A stretch of 64,000 bases of DNA from Candidatus Latescibacterota bacterium (GTDB taxonomy: Bacteria; Latescibacterota; UBA2968; UBA8231): assembly GCA_964291625.2 (NCBI GenBank), contig OZ220090.1:288001-352000 (forward strand). Direction: 5' to 3'. A program made the position numbers and the translations under genes. Positions 47,844-56,517 of the stretch are shown in pieces. Under the pieces are notes generated by a model, which made no database searches, was not told the DNA's origin, and worked only from the letters and a program-made list of their open reading frames with translations. Position 1 is the first letter of the stretch. Each line of letters starts with the position of its first letter.

Positions 47844-49027
47844 CCAGCACCCTGACCGACCAACAGATCGCCGATTACCATTCGGACGGCTACCTCATCA
47901 TCCGCGATGTCGTCTCCTCCCGGGAGACCTCGGAACTGAGGCGAATCGTCCAGCGGATGGTCCGCGAAGAAGCGGACCCAGCCTCACGGAAGTACCCCGC
48001 GCCCGGCAAGTACACCATCGCCGGCAACCGGATGGCCGAACCCGGACTGGCGCCCATTGCCGAGCATCCGGCAGTCGTCGATGCCGTCGAGGCCATATTC
48101 GGGCAACCCGCTCATCTGACCGCCTACGTCGCCTACCTGCGCGCTCCAGGCGACAAGGGCGGCAGTGCTCACTGCGACTACAAGCGATGGCGCCCCGTGG
48201 GCTCTTCCATGCGCTGGCTCTTCGCCATCATCCCGTTGAACGACTTCAGCCGCGAATACGGCCCGCTGCTGGTCTCGCCCGGCTCCCACAAGCTCACGCG
48301 GGTCGTCGACCCGGAGGCGCACATCCTGGATGTGACGCCCCCCGATCGCGATCAACTGCCCGACTTCATCGATCCCGAGCTCGGGGCCGGCGACCTGCTG
48401 CTGATGGACATGCATACCTGGCACGATGCACCGGCGGGGACGACCACCGATGACCGCGTCGGGATCTTCAACAAGTACTGTGCCGTCAACGCACCGCCCG
48501 CCGCGGGCTACTATCCATACGATCCCGCCGCCCACCATGCGATGAGCGACGCCGGCAAGCGGCTAATACCCCTCCACTTCGACCGGCCGCTCACCGACAC
48601 CCGGCTGCTCCTCGAATCGACATCGGGAGCGGAGCCGCGGTATCTCCTCACCAGCGCCGACGGCAACGGGAGCCGGGAACTGCCCGGCGGCCTGGGTCGG
48701 GAAGAGGAAAGGGCGGGCTGGGACATCGGTTGTCGGATCGGCTCCCTGCAGTCCCTCGTCAAGAGCCGGCTGAACCTCGATCTCCCCTGGGCATCCTACA
48801 TCGACGACGTGGCAACCGATGGCGGCGTATCCCGCGTCTACGGGTATGCTGACGCCGAAGTCGATCGCGGGTCACTCGGCGCCCGAGACTGGTTCACCCG
48901 GGACCAGCTCCTGAACATGCTCGGTGAGTCGCACGCCATCTGCCGCTCCGTCTCGACCTGGCACCGGGGGGACCTCATCCGGGGCAAGGGCAAGGCCGTC
49001 AGCCAGAAGGAAGTGCAGTTCGAGTAG
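47840..49027 (+). CDS. PhyH family dioxygenase fused to degenerate Nudix-like domain
   Basis: YHSDGYL, AHCD, GPLLVSPGSH, TWH...R; C-terminal YLL...ELPGG..REEE. Confidence 0.82.
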   Translation: MTSTLTDQQIADYHSDGYLIIRDVVSSRETSELRRIVQRMVREEADPASRKYPAPGKYTIAGNRMAEPGLAPIAEHPAVVDAVEAIFGQPAHLTAYVAYLRAPGDKGGSAHCDYKRWRPVGSSMRWLFAIIPLNDFSREYGPLLVSPGSHKLTRVVDPEAHILDVTPPDRDQLPDFIDPELGAGDLLLMDMHTWHDAPAGTTTDDRVGIFNKYCAVNAPPAAGYYPYDPAAHHAMSDAGKRLIPLHFDRPLTDTRLLLESTSGAEPRYLLTSADGNGSRELPGGLGREEERAGWDIGCRIGSLQSLVKSRLNLDLPWASYIDDVATDGGVSRVYGYADAEVDRGSLGARDWFTRDQLLNMLGESHAICRSVSTWHRGDLIRGKGKAVSQKEVQFE

Positions 49028-49037
49028 GTGATGGAAG

Positions 49038-49940
49038 GTGATGGCAGAGATCCGTCTCAAGTCGCTTCCTGACATCGATGGCTACTGGAATTATCAGTTT
49101 GGCGATATGGTGTTGCGCACGGAATCTCTGTCTAAGGCAGATCGCCAGCGAGTGATCCCTTTGGGACAGGCCAGCGGCATCCTGATGGCTTACATAGCAC
49201 GGCATCGCGATCTCCTAGAAAGGAAGAGGGTCATTGAGCCCTTCGCAGGTAGTGGTCCATTGGGGCTCCTGGCCCTTCACGTGGGTGCAGAGTCAGCTCA
49301 CTTTGTGGATCTCAATCCCAGAGTCAGCGACTTCATTCACCACAATGCGATGAGGAACGATATTCCCAGTCATCGCTATGCAGTCCACATATCTGATTTA
49401 GAGAGGTTTCACCCCCAGGAGCCATTCGATTGGCTCTTTGCCAACCCGCCTTTTGTCCCCACGCCTCCCGGAGTTCCGGGCGTCCTTCATTCAGCGGCGG
49501 GGCCAGATGGGAGTCGTCTGGCGGAAGTCCTGATAGCACGGATTCCACATTTCCTTCATGCAAGTGGCGAAGCCCTGATCTCTCTCCTGCAGTTGGAAGT
49601 ATCTGGGCGTCCTTTGGTATCCCTGGCCTGCGAGGAACTGCTGCCGGATCGGCCTGTCGAGTTCACCAAGGGCTGGCAATACCAGCTTCCCTTCGAGCGC
49701 CTGGTTGAGGCCTACCGCGACCAAGTCCCTGAGAAGGGGGATGCTATTGATGAGTGGTTTCTCTCTCTCTCGGAAGAACTGGGGGGAGAGCTGACCATGG
49801 ACTCGTATGTGATCCACATTGGGCCTGTGGGGACTCACCCCGGAGTACGCATCCGCAACTATGACGGAACAAAGTTTGGCCGTGGTTTTTTCCACCCTCG
49901 TGACTCTCTGCAGGAGGTGGTAGAGGAAAACCTGATTTGA
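49038..49940 (+). CDS. HemK/PrmC-like N-methyltransferase (lower GC)
   Basis: EPFAGSG, VDLNP, FANPPFVP. Confidence 0.85.
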   Translation: MMAEIRLKSLPDIDGYWNYQFGDMVLRTESLSKADRQRVIPLGQASGILMAYIARHRDLLERKRVIEPFAGSGPLGLLALHVGAESAHFVDLNPRVSDFIHHNAMRNDIPSHRYAVHISDLERFHPQEPFDWLFANPPFVPTPPGVPGVLHSAAGPDGSRLAEVLIARIPHFLHASGEALISLLQLEVSGRPLVSLACEELLPDRPVEFTKGWQYQLPFERLVEAYRDQVPEKGDAIDEWFLSLSEELGGELTMDSYVIHIGPVGTHPGVRIRNYDGTKFGRGFFHPRDSLQEVVEENLI

Positions 49941-50021
49941 CAGACGTCGCCGGAGTTCTGTAGCTCGACACGCCATACTGCACAGACACGAGGTAGCAGT
50001 TCTCTGCATCCGGAGTCACTG

Positions 50022-51291
50022 ATGACTCGCAATACCGTTGCCCGCGATCAACCCCGCGAGCACGCCCGCTATGGAGCCGCTTCCCAGGAGGAGGCCCGGG
50101 GACCGCTGCCGCAGCCCTTCCCGCGGCAGATCGGACCGCGGGCCATGGAGTACCTCCAGGAGGTCGTCGACTCCGGGCTCACCAGCGACCTGGTGACTCG
50201 CTTCGAGCAGGCCTTCGCCGAGGCCCACGGCGCCGCCCACTGCATCGCCACGCCGGGCTGCACGCCAGCCCTGGCGGTGCTGGCCGCGGCCTTCGACTTC
50301 GAGCCGGGCGACGAGATCGTGGTCAGCTCGGTGAGCGACTACGGCACGGTGCAGGGCCTGATCAGCGCCGGCTACATCCCCGTCTTCGCCGACACCGCTC
50401 CGGGCACCGTCATCGTCAGCGCCGAGACCGTCGAGGCCTGCATCTCCGAGCGCACCCGGGCCATCCTGGTGGTGCACCTGACGGGGCTGATCTGCGACAT
50501 GGACGGGATCAACGAGGTCGCGGCGCGCCACGGGCTGGTGGTGTACGAGGACGCCTGCCAGGCCGTCTTCGGCCGCTACAAGGGCCGCTGGGCCGGCACC
50601 CTCGCCGCGGCGGGCGCCTTCTCCTTCGACTCGGAGAAGACCATGGGTTCCGACGTGGGGGGCTGCATCCTCACCGACGACGACCGGCTGGCCGAGCGGG
50701 CCCGCTTCGTCGGCCAGAGTCGCGGCGGCGAGATGGTCGAGCACTTCGGGCGGGTGCACACGGTGAACGGCTTCGCCCACCGCATGACCCAGTCCACGGC
50801 CGCCATCAGCCTCGCCCAGCTGGAAGTCATCCGCCCCCAGGTCGAGCACCGGGACCGCATGATCCGCCTGCTGGGCGCCCTCCTCGACGAGATCCCCGGC
50901 GTCTCGGCCCTGCCGATCCCGCCGGAGACCGAGGTCTACTCCTGCTGGATGGCGGGCTTCACCATCGACCCGGAGCGGTTCCGGTGCGACACCGAGGAGT
51001 TCGGCGCCCGGGTGGGCGGAGGCCGGCATCCCGGGGGCGGGGCAGGCGCGCTACTACCTGCTGCCGGCGGCGTTGCCCTACCTCGCCGAAGCGGCCGAGA
51101 AGCGCAGCTACCCCTACTCCCAGCCGCCGGCGTCACGTACCTACCGCTACGACGCGGCCACCTGTCCGAACGCGCACGAGGTGCTGGAGCGCTTCGTCCG
51201 GTGGAGCAGCTTCTGCGAGAAGTACGAGCCCCGCCACTGCGAGCAGGCAGCCGAGATCGTGCGCCGCGTCGCCGACGAGTACCGGCGATGA
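50022..51291 (+). CDS. DegT/DnrJ/EryC1/StrS PLP aminotransferase; 1-nt insertion near 51014
   Basis: PVFAD, TRAILVVH.TG, EDACQA, FSFDSEKT; C-terminus (AEAGIP..YYLLP..CPNAHEVL) in +1 frame ending at TGA 51289-51291. Confidence 0.85.
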
Positions 51292-52064
51292 CCGGGGCGG
51301 CTCTGCAGCTCGAGGCCCGCTACTACCGGGCCCTGCCCATCGACCGCCCGGGGTACGAGGAGGTCACCCTGTCGCTGCCGGTGGAGCGGACGGCCCTGGT
51401 GGGCATGCACTGCTGGAACATCGGCTGCCCCGACGGTCCGCCCGTGGACGTCGACTACTGCGTCGGCATGGGCTGGCCCCAGTCGACGGAGGAAGCCGGG
51501 CGCATCATGGCCGAGGTCATCCGCCCGACCATGGACGAGGCCCGCTCCATCGGCCTGGCGGTCTGCCACGTGGAGAGCGACTGGATGGATCACCAGTACC
51601 CCCACGTCGAGTCGCGGCGCTCGGGCGAGCCGGGGTCCGTGCATCCGCATCAACAGGAGATGCTCGAACGAGCTCACGGCGTCGACTACATGGAACGCTC
51701 GCCCCTGGCGCAGATGCGGCGCGCCGAGGTCGTCTCGCCGGTGGGGGACGAGCCCCTCGTGTTCTACACCGACGTGCTGGACGAGTACCTGCGCAGCTGC
51801 GGCGTGGAAACCCTCATCTACATGGGCTTCGCCGCCGACATGTGCCTCCTCGGCGCCGAGGGGGGAGCCCGGGCGATGCTGGCTCGCGGCTATCGCTGCG
51901 TGGTCATGCGCGACGCCACCGTCGGCGTGGAGACCCCCGAGAGCTTCCCGCGGCGGCTGGCCACCAACTACGCCCTTCACATCTTCGAGTGGACCCTCGG
52001 CTTCGGCTGCACCTTCGCGCAGTTCCGCGAGGCCGTCGACCAGGTGAGAGGTGAGCGATCATGA
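51288..52064 (+). CDS. Isochorismatase/cysteine hydrolase family protein
   Basis: RTALVGMHCWN, LIYMGFAADMC, RGY...MRDAT; ATGA coupling. Confidence 0.85.
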   Translation: MTGAALQLEARYYRALPIDRPGYEEVTLSLPVERTALVGMHCWNIGCPDGPPVDVDYCVGMGWPQSTEEAGRIMAEVIRPTMDEARSIGLAVCHVESDWMDHQYPHVESRRSGEPGSVHPHQQEMLERAHGVDYMERSPLAQMRRAEVVSPVGDEPLVFYTDVLDEYLRSCGVETLIYMGFAADMCLLGAEGGARAMLARGYRCVVMRDATVGVETPESFPRRLATNYALHIFEWTLGFGCTFAQFREAVDQVRGERS

Positions 52065-53065
52065 GCCTGGGCATCTGCCCCTGGAAGTACGGCAAGCGCT
52101 GGGTCTACTCGATCACCTACGACGAGGCCCTGGCCGACCTGCACCGGTACGCCGTCCCCATGCACGAGGAGTACGGCATCCCCGGCCACGTGGAGATCCT
52201 CGTCGGCCAGATGGGCGAGATCCGCGTGGCCGGCAACTCCAGCTACAACGGCTTCCGCCACATGAACGGGGAGGAGTTGCGCGACTTGCTCGCCCGCGGC
52301 TGGGGCGTGGGCAACCACTCCTGGAGCCACGAGGTGATCACCCCGGAGATGGTGGACGAGGAGATCGGCCGCGCCAAGCGGGTGCTGGAGGAAGCGATCG
52401 GCGAGCCGATCATGCTCTACTGCTCGCCCGGAAACAACACGAACATGGCCGATCACGTCCTCCGAGCCTGCCGCCGCTACGGGTACCTGGGCGCCATGAG
52501 CCTCACCGACGCGCTCAACCTTCCCGGGGACGAGCTGTTCTGGATCAACCGCACGGCCCTGCACGACCACTACTACGAACCGTTCTACAGCGCCTACGAT
52601 CCGTACCGCAACATCCGCCAGGCCGAGGCCGTGCAGGGCTGGCTCATCGACTACTGCCACTGCCCGCTGGAGGAGCCCGTCCATCCCAACAAGGACTGCT
52701 CCGAGGCCCAGCTGCGGCAGCGGCTGGAGACGGTCCTGTCAGAGGGCGGAGACGAGGTCTGGTGCGCGGTGCCCGAGGAGGCCCTCGGCTATCACCTGAC
52801 GCGGCGCCACGCACGGATCGAGACCGTCGAGGACGGAGCCGAGGGGCAGCGCTATCGCATCGGCCTGGCGGGACTGCCGGAGCAGGTGCCGTACCGCAGC
52901 CTGACCCTGGAGGCGGACGTGCCGGCGGCCTGGTGCCGGGACCCGCGCGTTGTCGTGGACGGGCGGGAGCTGGCGGCGGAGGTGGCGCGGCCCGGGGTGC
53001 TGCGGGTGACGGCGACTGTGCGGGACGGGACCGCGGTCGAGATCAGGGTCCCGCCGCGCCCTTGA
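52061..53065 (+). CDS. Polysaccharide deacetylase (CE4/NodB) family protein
   Basis: SITYDE, GNHSWSH, DYCH; ATGA coupling. Confidence 0.87.
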   Translation: MSLGICPWKYGKRWVYSITYDEALADLHRYAVPMHEEYGIPGHVEILVGQMGEIRVAGNSSYNGFRHMNGEELRDLLARGWGVGNHSWSHEVITPEMVDEEIGRAKRVLEEAIGEPIMLYCSPGNNTNMADHVLRACRRYGYLGAMSLTDALNLPGDELFWINRTALHDHYYEPFYSAYDPYRNIRQAEAVQGWLIDYCHCPLEEPVHPNKDCSEAQLRQRLETVLSEGGDEVWCAVPEEALGYHLTRRHARIETVEDGAEGQRYRIGLAGLPEQVPYRSLTLEADVPAAWCRDPRVVVDGRELAAEVARPGVLRVTATVRDGTAVEIRVPPRP

Positions 53066-53087
53066 CCGAACCAGCGGGATCGAGGCC

Positions 53088-53849
53088 ATGAGCACCGACG
53101 GGTTGGTGGCTTCCGAGTACGACAAGGCGGCGGACTTCTACCTGAAGTGGCTGGACAGGAACGTCCCGGACAGAGACCGGCGTATCCCGCAGTCGGTGGA
53201 GGTCATGCTGGCCATGCTGGGCGATGTCCGGGGGATCCGCGTATGTGACCTGGGATGCGGTGAGGGATACTTGTCGCGCATCCTGGCGCGCCGGGGGGCC
53301 CTGGTCACGGGTGTCGACATCTCACGGAATCTGCTACGCCATGCGAGGGAGCATCCCGATGGCCGCGGCATCACCTGGCTTCTGGAGGATGCGCAGTCGC
53401 TGGATCAGCTCTCCGACGGCGGCATGGACGCCGTCTTCTGCCACATGGCGCTCATGGACATCCCCGACCTGGAGGCCACACTGTCCAGCGTCCGCCGGGT
53501 CCTAGTCGACCATGGCCGGTTCGTCTTCACGATTCTGCATCCGTGCTTCTTCTCCCCCTTCGATGCGGAGAACCCCGGGGAGGATCTCGACGAGGAGGGG
53601 AGGTTCAGGGCCGTGCGGGTTTCACGGTACGGCCTTGAAGGCAAGTGGTACTCCGGTGGAAGCGGGATGTGCGGGACCCTTGGCGGCCACCACCGGACCC
53701 TCTCTACCTACCTCAACACCCTGATCAGCAGTGGATTCCAGCTCTCCGAGATCTCGGAACCGCTTGATCCTGCAGACCCGGAGGAGAGGCGCCGGGAGAG
53801 CGTGGTGCCCACACTCCTGATCGCAAAGGCGGTCGCCCTGCCGTCATAG
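53088..53849 (+). CDS. Class I SAM-dependent methyltransferase
   Basis: DLGCGEG, GVDIS, ALMDIPD, HPCF, HRTLSTYLN. Confidence 0.9.
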   Translation: MSTDGLVASEYDKAADFYLKWLDRNVPDRDRRIPQSVEVMLAMLGDVRGIRVCDLGCGEGYLSRILARRGALVTGVDISRNLLRHAREHPDGRGITWLLEDAQSLDQLSDGGMDAVFCHMALMDIPDLEATLSSVRRVLVDHGRFVFTILHPCFFSPFDAENPGEDLDEEGRFRAVRVSRYGLEGKWYSGGSGMCGTLGGHHRTLSTYLNTLISSGFQLSEISEPLDPADPEERRRESVVPTLLIAKAVALPS

Positions 53850-53869
53850 GTGCTGAGCTCGTCGGCGGG

Positions 53870-54475
53870 TCAGGGCTTGCGCGCCAGCAGCTGTACCACC
53901 GCCTCCCGCCTTCCGTCTTCGAGCCTGTTCACCCTTTCCGCGAACCGCAGCAGCTCCCAGCCGGCAAAGGCCAGCCGCAGTTCCCGCGGGTCGGCGAGGT
54001 GGTCGGGGTTGCGGGGGCCCCAGCCGAGTCCCGCCTGGGCCCTGGCATAGGTCTGAAAGAGGAAGTGGCCGCCGCTCCGGAGGGCCGACCTGACAGCAGG
54101 AAAGACCGCCGGCTCGTGGAAGTAGAGGTTCGTCACCAGGTCCCAGCAGTCGACGCCGGCGTCGAAGGAGAGCACGTCGGCCGCGATCGTCTCGACCTCG
54201 ACGCCGCGCTCGGCGGCCAGCCGGCGGCACCACGCCAGCCCGGCGGGAGCGATGTCGACGGCGGTCACCTCGAAACCGACCTCCGCCAGGAAGACGGCGT
54301 TTCGGCCGGCTCCGGCGGCCAGGCACAGGGCGCGGCCCGGTCTCAGTTTCCTCGCTTCTACCGCGAGAAACGGCACCGGCCCGCGGTTCGGCTCGAAATC
54401 GCCGGCGCGGTACCGGGACTCCCACTTCTCCCTGGAGGTACTGGTTCCTGCGGACTTTCGCGCTTTGCCCGGCAA
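53870..54475 (-). CDS. Class I SAM-dependent methyltransferase (TehB-like)
   Basis: W..RY, ALCLAAGAGRNA, VTAVDIA, LRSGG. Confidence 0.88.
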   Translation of the reverse strand: MPGKARKSAGTSTSREKWESRYRAGDFEPNRGPVPFLAVEARKLRPGRALCLAAGAGRNAVFLAEVGFEVTAVDIAPAGLAWCRRLAAERGVEVETIAADVLSFDAGVDCWDLVTNLYFHEPAVFPAVRSALRSGGHFLFQTYARAQAGLGWGPRNPDHLADPRELRLAFAGWELLRFAERVNRLEDGRREAVVQLLARKP

Positions 54476-54489
54476 GAGACGCTCGATCC

Positions 54490-55515
54490 TCAGTTTGCGG
54501 CCCGGAAGAACACGGACTTCGGAGCGGTCATGCCATCCAGGACGCCCGGGAGACGGATCTCCTTGCGGTAGACCCGGCCCGCATTCGACAGCCGTTGCAG
54601 GGCCCCATAGACGCTGGCGTCATCCTGTCTCAAGCCATCCCCCGGCAGCTCCTTCTGCAGGCCGCGCTTGATCGCGCCGAAGTGCCGGCCCTTCTCCGAT
54701 GACAGCAACCGCAGCACGAGCTCATCCGTCGTCCCGGCGTCCGGAAGGTCGGACACGGTTCCGGGCTCGGGCTCGATCCGACGGGTCTCCACGCCGAAGG
54801 CCCCGATCGACACCGAGGCGTTCGGCTCGATCTCCCTTCGTGAGCTGCACGGCTCGGGGAGCGCCATCGATGTCGTTGCGAGACAGGCGCCGTGCCTCGC
54901 CATACCCACCACGAGAGGCTTGTTGATCCGCGAAGCGATCAGGCGATCCGGCGCGTCGACGTGGACCATGGCGCCGGCGATCTCCGCCGGGAAGCGGGAG
55001 TAGGCATGAGACAGATCCTGCGACGGGTCCCCTGTCCCCGCGTCCTCGATGAGGTTGCACATCACCTCACTCCCGTGGACGACGGATCCGTCGGGCAGCG
55101 CCATCTCGTAGTCGCCCTGGGAGCTCGGCTCTCGAGTGGTGAAGTCGACCCCCTTCCCGAAGAGCTGCAACGCAACATCCGACCCATCCCACAGGGAACG
55201 GAATGCGCCCACGTCGCCGTGGCTCATGTATGCAAGACGGCCCGAGGACGAGACGAAGGGCTGGGCCCACTCTCGCCCCCCGCCGCTCCGGGTCCTGCTG
55301 TGGAGGATCCCGACCGAGCCGGGGAAGTCGGCGGCGTCGGTACTGCGCAGGAGCACCGAGAGGTCGCCAATGACCTTTGCGCAGTGGATCGCGCCGTCCC
55401 AGATCGTCGCGATCCCCGTGTAGAAGCCGCCGGCGAATCCCTCCTGCTTCCTCGCCATCTCGATGAGAACGGGTGCGGCCCGCTCGCTGCCGACGTAGCC
55501 GGACAGATTGCACAT
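54490..55515 (-). CDS. Stand-alone class II (Ntn) glutamine amidotransferase-like protein
   Basis: N-terminal MC, TGIAT, GILHSRT, AQPF, HG, KPLVVG. Confidence 0.82.
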   Translation of the reverse strand: MCNLSGYVGSERAAPVLIEMARKQEGFAGGFYTGIATIWDGAIHCAKVIGDLSVLLRSTDAADFPGSVGILHSRTRSGGGREWAQPFVSSSGRLAYMSHGDVGAFRSLWDGSDVALQLFGKGVDFTTREPSSQGDYEMALPDGSVVHGSEVMCNLIEDAGTGDPSQDLSHAYSRFPAEIAGAMVHVDAPDRLIASRINKPLVVGMARHGACLATTSMALPEPCSSRREIEPNASVSIGAFGVETRRIEPEPGTVSDLPDAGTTDELVLRLLSSEKGRHFGAIKRGLQKELPGDGLRQDDASVYGALQRLSNAGRVYRKEIRLPGVLDGMTAPKSVFFRAAN

Positions 55516-55528
55516 CGAAGGCCTCCGT

Positions 55529-56476
55529 CTACTTCCGGTCGCCGGCGCCGTAGCCCCCGTCGAAGAACGTCTTCAGGCCGGGGTGCTCCTGGATGTAGCT
55601 CTTCAACTCCAGGACGATGTTCTCCTGGAGCTGGATGCTGTGGCCGCCGTCGACGGGCAGCACCACGCCGGTGATGAAGGCGGCTTCTTCCGAGCACAGG
55701 AAGGAGACCGCGTTGCCGATGTCTTCCGGCACCCCGGTTCGCCGCACCGGGTACTGCAGCTCGTGAAGCCGGAACCCGGCTTCGTTGGCCACCTCCGACC
55801 ACAGCTTCTCCAGGCCCTCGGTCACGATATGGCCGGGAGCGACGGAATTCACCGTGATCCCCAGGGGCCCGAAGTCGATGGCCATCTGGCGGGTGAGGCC
55901 GATGACCGCCGCCTTCCCGGACTCGTAGATCATGGCTCCCGCCGCCTGCAGCAGCCCGTGGACGGAGGAGATGTTGACGATGCGGCCCACCTCCGTGGCC
56001 GGCGGCGAGCCGTGGCGCAGGCCGCGGCCTTCCCAGGGCCCGGGATCGTATCCCTCGGGCGGTCCCGACTCGGTCATGGCCGGCACCGCGTATTTGGCGC
56101 CCAGGAAGTGGGCCATCACCAGCAGGTCCATCCCCTTGCGCCAGGATTCGACGTCGACTTCCAGGGCGCTGCCGTCCGAGTAGCCGATGACCCCGAAGGC
56201 GTTCTGAACGAGGATGTCGAGGCGGCCGTACTCGTCGACGGCGCGGGCGACCATCTCCCTGGCGACCTCTTCCTTCGACACGTCGCCGAGCATGGAGGAG
56301 GCCCGGCCACCCCCGTCCCGGATGCGCTCGGCGCTGGCCGCCGCGCCGTCCTCGTCGATGTCGACGATGAGGACCGCCGATCCGTCGGCGGCCAGCTTGC
56401 GGGCGATGCCGGCGCCGATCCCGGTGGCCCCGCCCGTCACGATGGCGACCTTGCCGTGCAGCTTCTTCCGATCCAT
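55529..56476 (-). CDS. SDR oxidoreductase with ~25-aa insertion
   Basis: TGGATGIG, NISS, YESGK, VDGG. Confidence 0.9.
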   Translation of the reverse strand: MDRKKLHGKVAIVTGGATGIGAGIARKLAADGSAVLIVDIDEDGAAASAERIRDGGGRASSMLGDVSKEEVAREMVARAVDEYGRLDILVQNAFGVIGYSDGSALEVDVESWRKGMDLLVMAHFLGAKYAVPAMTESGPPEGYDPGPWEGRGLRHGSPPATEVGRIVNISSVHGLLQAAGAMIYESGKAAVIGLTRQMAIDFGPLGITVNSVAPGHIVTEGLEKLWSEVANEAGFRLHELQYPVRRTGVPEDIGNAVSFLCSEEAAFITGVVLPVDGGHSIQLQENIVLELKSYIQEHPGLKTFFDGGYGAGDRK

Positions 56477-56517
56477 GGGGTTGCTCCTTGCGGCGAAGAT
56501 GTTGGTGCCCACAGTGG

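Noticed and set aside
39950-50020. Integron cassette array or genomic island explaining the co-oriented lower-GC genes
   Set aside because: No integrase, no paired RYYYAAC/GTTRRRY attC sites and no flanking direct repeats found by eye; only an isolated GTTAGCG near 41140.
50022-52064. 680-aa ORF suggesting a DegT-isochorismatase fusion
   Set aside because: The connecting segment is off-frame; the true DegT C-terminus is in the +1 frame and ends in an ATGA overlap at 51288-51291.
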